A stretch of 17,125 nt of DNA, taken from contig JBNJGY010000044.1 in assembly GCA_051748045.1 (NCBI GenBank), forward strand, positions 1-17,125, in the 5' to 3' direction. The DNA is from Thermotogota bacterium. GTDB taxonomy: Bacteria > Thermotogota > Thermotogae > Petrotogales > Petrotogaceae. Below the pieces are notes generated by a model. The model did not search any database, was not told the DNA's origin, and was given only the letters and a program-made list of their open reading frames with translations. Each line of letters begins with the position of its first letter. The first letter of the stretch is position 1. Position numbers and translations under genes: made by a program. This document shows, one piece after another, positions 14,499-17,125 of the stretch.

Positions 14499-15413
14499 AT
14501 TGCATAATTCTTTCCATTTCATCAACCATCCATGTTGTTGGTCTAGAAATTCTTTTTGTAACCCACTCTTTTGATTAATGGTAATTGTGGCTATCAGTTC
14601 GTAATGTCTTATTGGTATGAAGCTAAAAATATTTTTTATATCCTCATATTCTAGAGTTCTTTCTTTAATATACCCACTGTAAAAACTTTCAAACCTTTTC
14701 ATAATTTTATCAAAATCTTTTTCAATTAAATTGTTGAAATTGGCTGTATCACAAAGTGTTGCCACATCAATTACGGGAAAAGAGTATGAAGATGTGTCAA
14801 AATCAAAAAGTATATACTTACCATTTTTTTGGAACATATTTCCAGAATGAAGATCACCATGACAAATTCCATTTTCTGATTTTTCCATTTTTCCCCAAAG
14901 TTCTTTTCCATAACCATTAAGTTCTTCTATTTTGTTTTTATCGTAATCTGATTTAATTAAAATCTTTATAAATCTATCTATATAAAATTCTTTACTCCTA
15001 TGGATTATTGGTTTTTCATAACCTTTCATAAGGTTATGAAACAAACCAACTTGTTGACCGATTTGTGTTACCTCTTTTTCTATATTTGGTTCTTTCCCTT
15101 CCACGTAATAATAAACAAAACCGATATAGGTTCCTTTTTCAGTTTTGAAATCAAAATAATTTTTCTTGTTTTTAGTTTTTAGAAGTTCAACAACGGGATA
15201 ATTGTTTTCAGTTAGATATTCTATGATTTCCGTTGCTTGGATTGCTGAAATTTTATTATTTGGTCTGTTTAGTTTTAGTATAAATTTATGTTTTTCATTT
15301 TCAAAAGTATAAACATGACCTATCATGCTTCTTATATGTTTTATATTATCTATCTTAATTTCGTATAATGGTTCTATTTGGTCTTTAATATTTTTTAAAT
15401 CAAATTCTGTCAT
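14487..15413 (-). CDS. APH-family / homoserine kinase type II-like phosphotransferase
   Basis: FILK, Brenner motif CHGDLHSGN, LFDFD, DVA. ATG 15413 overlaps the upstream TGA (ATGA). Confidence 0.88.
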   Translation of the reverse strand: MTEFDLKNIKDQIEPLYEIKIDNIKHIRSMIGHVYTFENEKHKFILKLNRPNNKISAIQATEIIEYLTENNYPVVELLKTKNKKNYFDFKTEKGTYIGFVYYYVEGKEPNIEKEVTQIGQQVGLFHNLMKGYEKPIIHRSKEFYIDRFIKILIKSDYDKNKIEELNGYGKELWGKMEKSENGICHGDLHSGNMFQKNGKYILFDFDTSSYSFPVIDVATLCDTANFNNLIEKDFDKIMKRFESFYSGYIKERTLEYEDIKNIFSFIPIRHYELIATITINQKSGLQKEFLDQQHGWLMKWKELCNKKI

Positions 15414-16279
15414 ATCATTAACCAACTTATCACTAATAGATTATTCAAATCTTCATTATAATTATTGATAATTTCTTCGTTTTTCAACAACAATATTAAA
15501 ATATCCATTGTAGTCAGGAGTTTTTTAGGAGAAATATCTTCAGTTAAAATATAGTTTGAGAATATTTCAAAAGCATTTTCATATTCTTTATTATTTATCA
15601 AAGTAGTTATTAAAAAATAATCATTACTTTTATAGGAACTATCTTCTAAAGTTATTCTATTTACTTTTTCATTTTTAGTTTGATTTCTAAAATCTAATGC
15701 TAAATCTTTATATCTTGATTTTATGAGTGATTCAGATAAGGTATATTTTAAATTTCTTACGATTTCTTTATCTTTTATACTGTTTAATTGATTAATAGTT
15801 TCGTGTACATTGTTTTTTTTAATTTCTTTGAAAAATTTTAATAATAGTGTTTTTTGTTTATAATTTTTATCAACAACTAAGTTCAATGTATTATCAGCAA
15901 CTTCATAATATTCATTTTCATACAAAATTTTTATAAAATTGTACATAAACTTTTCTCTTATTTCATAATCAAAATTATGATGAGCAATCTTATAATAATG
16001 GTTGAAATACAACTCTATTATTTCATTTCTATTTCTAATTTTATTTGTTATAAATTTAAAATCCTGAGCTTGATATTCTGTTATTTTCAATTTTTGACCT
16101 GGTTTAATTGTGTAAGGTTCAGATAATTCATTACTTTCGGTTAATGTTTTTAAGGGGATATTCAATTTTCTGGATATTGAATATAAAGTATTTTCAAACT
16201 CTACAGTATAAAAAATATTTGTTGAAAAAACAAAAATTGTCATGGTTAGTGCTAATAATAAAAATAGTATTTTTTTCAT
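15410..16279 (-). CDS. Exported LysM-domain protein with helical C-terminal region
   Basis: Signal peptide MKKILFLLLALTMTIFVFS, LysM YTVEFENTLYSISRKLNIPLKTLTESNEL..PYTIKPGQKLKI. SD GGAGGTG. Confidence 0.85.
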   Translation of the reverse strand: MKKILFLLLALTMTIFVFSTNIFYTVEFENTLYSISRKLNIPLKTLTESNELSEPYTIKPGQKLKITEYQAQDFKFITNKIRNRNEIIELYFNHYYKIAHHNFDYEIREKFMYNFIKILYENEYYEVADNTLNLVVDKNYKQKTLLLKFFKEIKKNNVHETINQLNSIKDKEIVRNLKYTLSESLIKSRYKDLALDFRNQTKNEKVNRITLEDSSYKSNDYFLITTLINNKEYENAFEIFSNYILTEDISPKKLLTTMDILILLLKNEEIINNYNEDLNNLLVISWLMI

Positions 16280-16305
16280 TTTCCCACCTCCATGACAATT
16301 ATAAT

Positions 16306-17125
16306 CTAAAAAACTTCTCTTTTATAGTGACAATATGGTTGTTTTCCAGTTTTTTTATAATAATCTTGATGATAATCTTCTGCTACGTAGAAAGTTGAGG
16401 CTTCTTCAACTTTTGTTTCAACATTGAAGTCTTTTTCTTCTAATTCTTTAATTATTTTTTCTGATATTTGCTTTTGCTCTTCGTCAGTATAAAAAATAGC
16501 TGATCTATATTGTTTACCTATATCTGGCCCCTGTCTATTTTTTTGTGTGAAGTCATGTATTTCAAAAAATAGTCTAGTCAACTCTTCAAAACTTGTTTTT
16601 TCTGTATCATATATTACTTCTACAGCTTCCGCGTGTCCAGTGAACCCCATGCATACCTGTTCATAAGTCGGATTTTTTGTTCTTCCACCTGTATAGCCAA
16701 CTCTTGTATCGATAACGCCTTCATTTTCTTCGAATAGTTTTTCTACACCCCAGAAACATCCTCCAGCAAAAATAGCTCTATTGTATTTTATTGATTCTCC
16801 TTCTGGAATGAAATCCATAGAAATAGAATTAACACAATGTCTTATGTTTTTATCTGTTAGATGTTCTCCGTGAAAAACATGCCCTAAATGAGCACCGCAA
16901 TAAGCACAGGTTATTTCTGTTCTTTTTCCGTCTGCATCGACACTTTTGCTTACAGAAGCTGGTATTTCGTCATCAAAACTAGGCCAACCACATCCTGAAC
17001 TGAATTTGTCATCTGATTTGTAAAGTGGAAGTCCACACCTTTTACAAACGTATGTTCCTTTTTCAAAAAATTCGTCATATTCACCTGTGAAAGGTCTTTC
17101 TGTTCCTTTGTCAATTATTACAAAC
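16306..17125 (-). CDS. msrAB: Bifunctional methionine sulfoxide reductase, MsrB-MsrA fusion (5' end outside the window)
   Basis: The frame is open from 17124: KGTERPFTG...CKRC...GCGWPSF...[17 protein letters not shown]...RHCVNSIS (MsrB), continuous into MDFIP...[10 protein letters not shown]...GHAEAV...QYRSAIF...AEDYHQDY...PYCH (MsrA). Confidence 0.95.
   Translation of the reverse strand, partial: FVIIDKGTERPFTGEYDEFFEKGTYVCKRCGLPLYKSDDKFSSGCGWPSFDDEIPASVSKSVDADGKRTEITCAYCGAHLGHVFHGEHLTDKNIRHCVNSISMDFIPEGESIKYNRAIFAGGCFWGVEKLFEENEGVIDTRVGYTGGRTKNPTYEQVCMGFTGHAEAVEVIYDTEKTSFEELTRLFFEIHDFTQKNRQGPDIGKQYRSAIFYTDEEQKQISEKIIKELEEKDFNVETKVEEASTFYVAEDYHQDYYKKTGKQPYCHYKREVF

Noticed and set aside
15000..16398. 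Plus-strand ORFs 15000-15182 and 16108-16398
   Set aside because: Antisense to the kinase, LysM and msr genes, with low-complexity shadow composition.
16306..16818. Stand-alone msrA starting at 16818, or a selenocysteine Msr
   Set aside because: The frame is open upstream through MsrB, and the catalytic residues are TGT Cys codons rather than TGA.

Overview
Very AT-rich bacterial chromosomal window. Gene content and GAGGTGA/GGAGG Shine-Dalgarno (SD) usage suggest an anaerobe of Thermotogota (Petrotogales-like) or Firmicutes type; this is inference only. No rRNA, tRNA, CRISPR array or transposase is seen. There are 16 coding regions: a D-2-hydroxyacid dehydrogenase-fetA-fetB operon; two divergent hypothetical genes; a SRAP (YedK/HMCES) plus TylF-family methyltransferase pair; a Rob-like AraC-GyrI regulator; htpG with a CIRCE operator; a 7TM-PAS-GGEEF diguanylate cyclase next to a PAS-degenerate GGDEF protein; a CxxCxGxG hypothetical; a large exported ankyrin-repeat protein; and a msrB-msrA fusion/LysM/phosphotransferase run cut by the right edge. 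The most interesting signals are mostly regulatory. (1) A candidate UCCC-motif sRNA or attenuator ending in an orphan terminator at about 5412-5581. (2) A marbox-like site and a strong internal in-frame translation start in the AraC-GyrI gene. (3) A complementary catalytic/receptor GGDEF pair. (4) Two genes that may start at AUU. (5) Rex-like boxes in the divergent 3009-3281 region.
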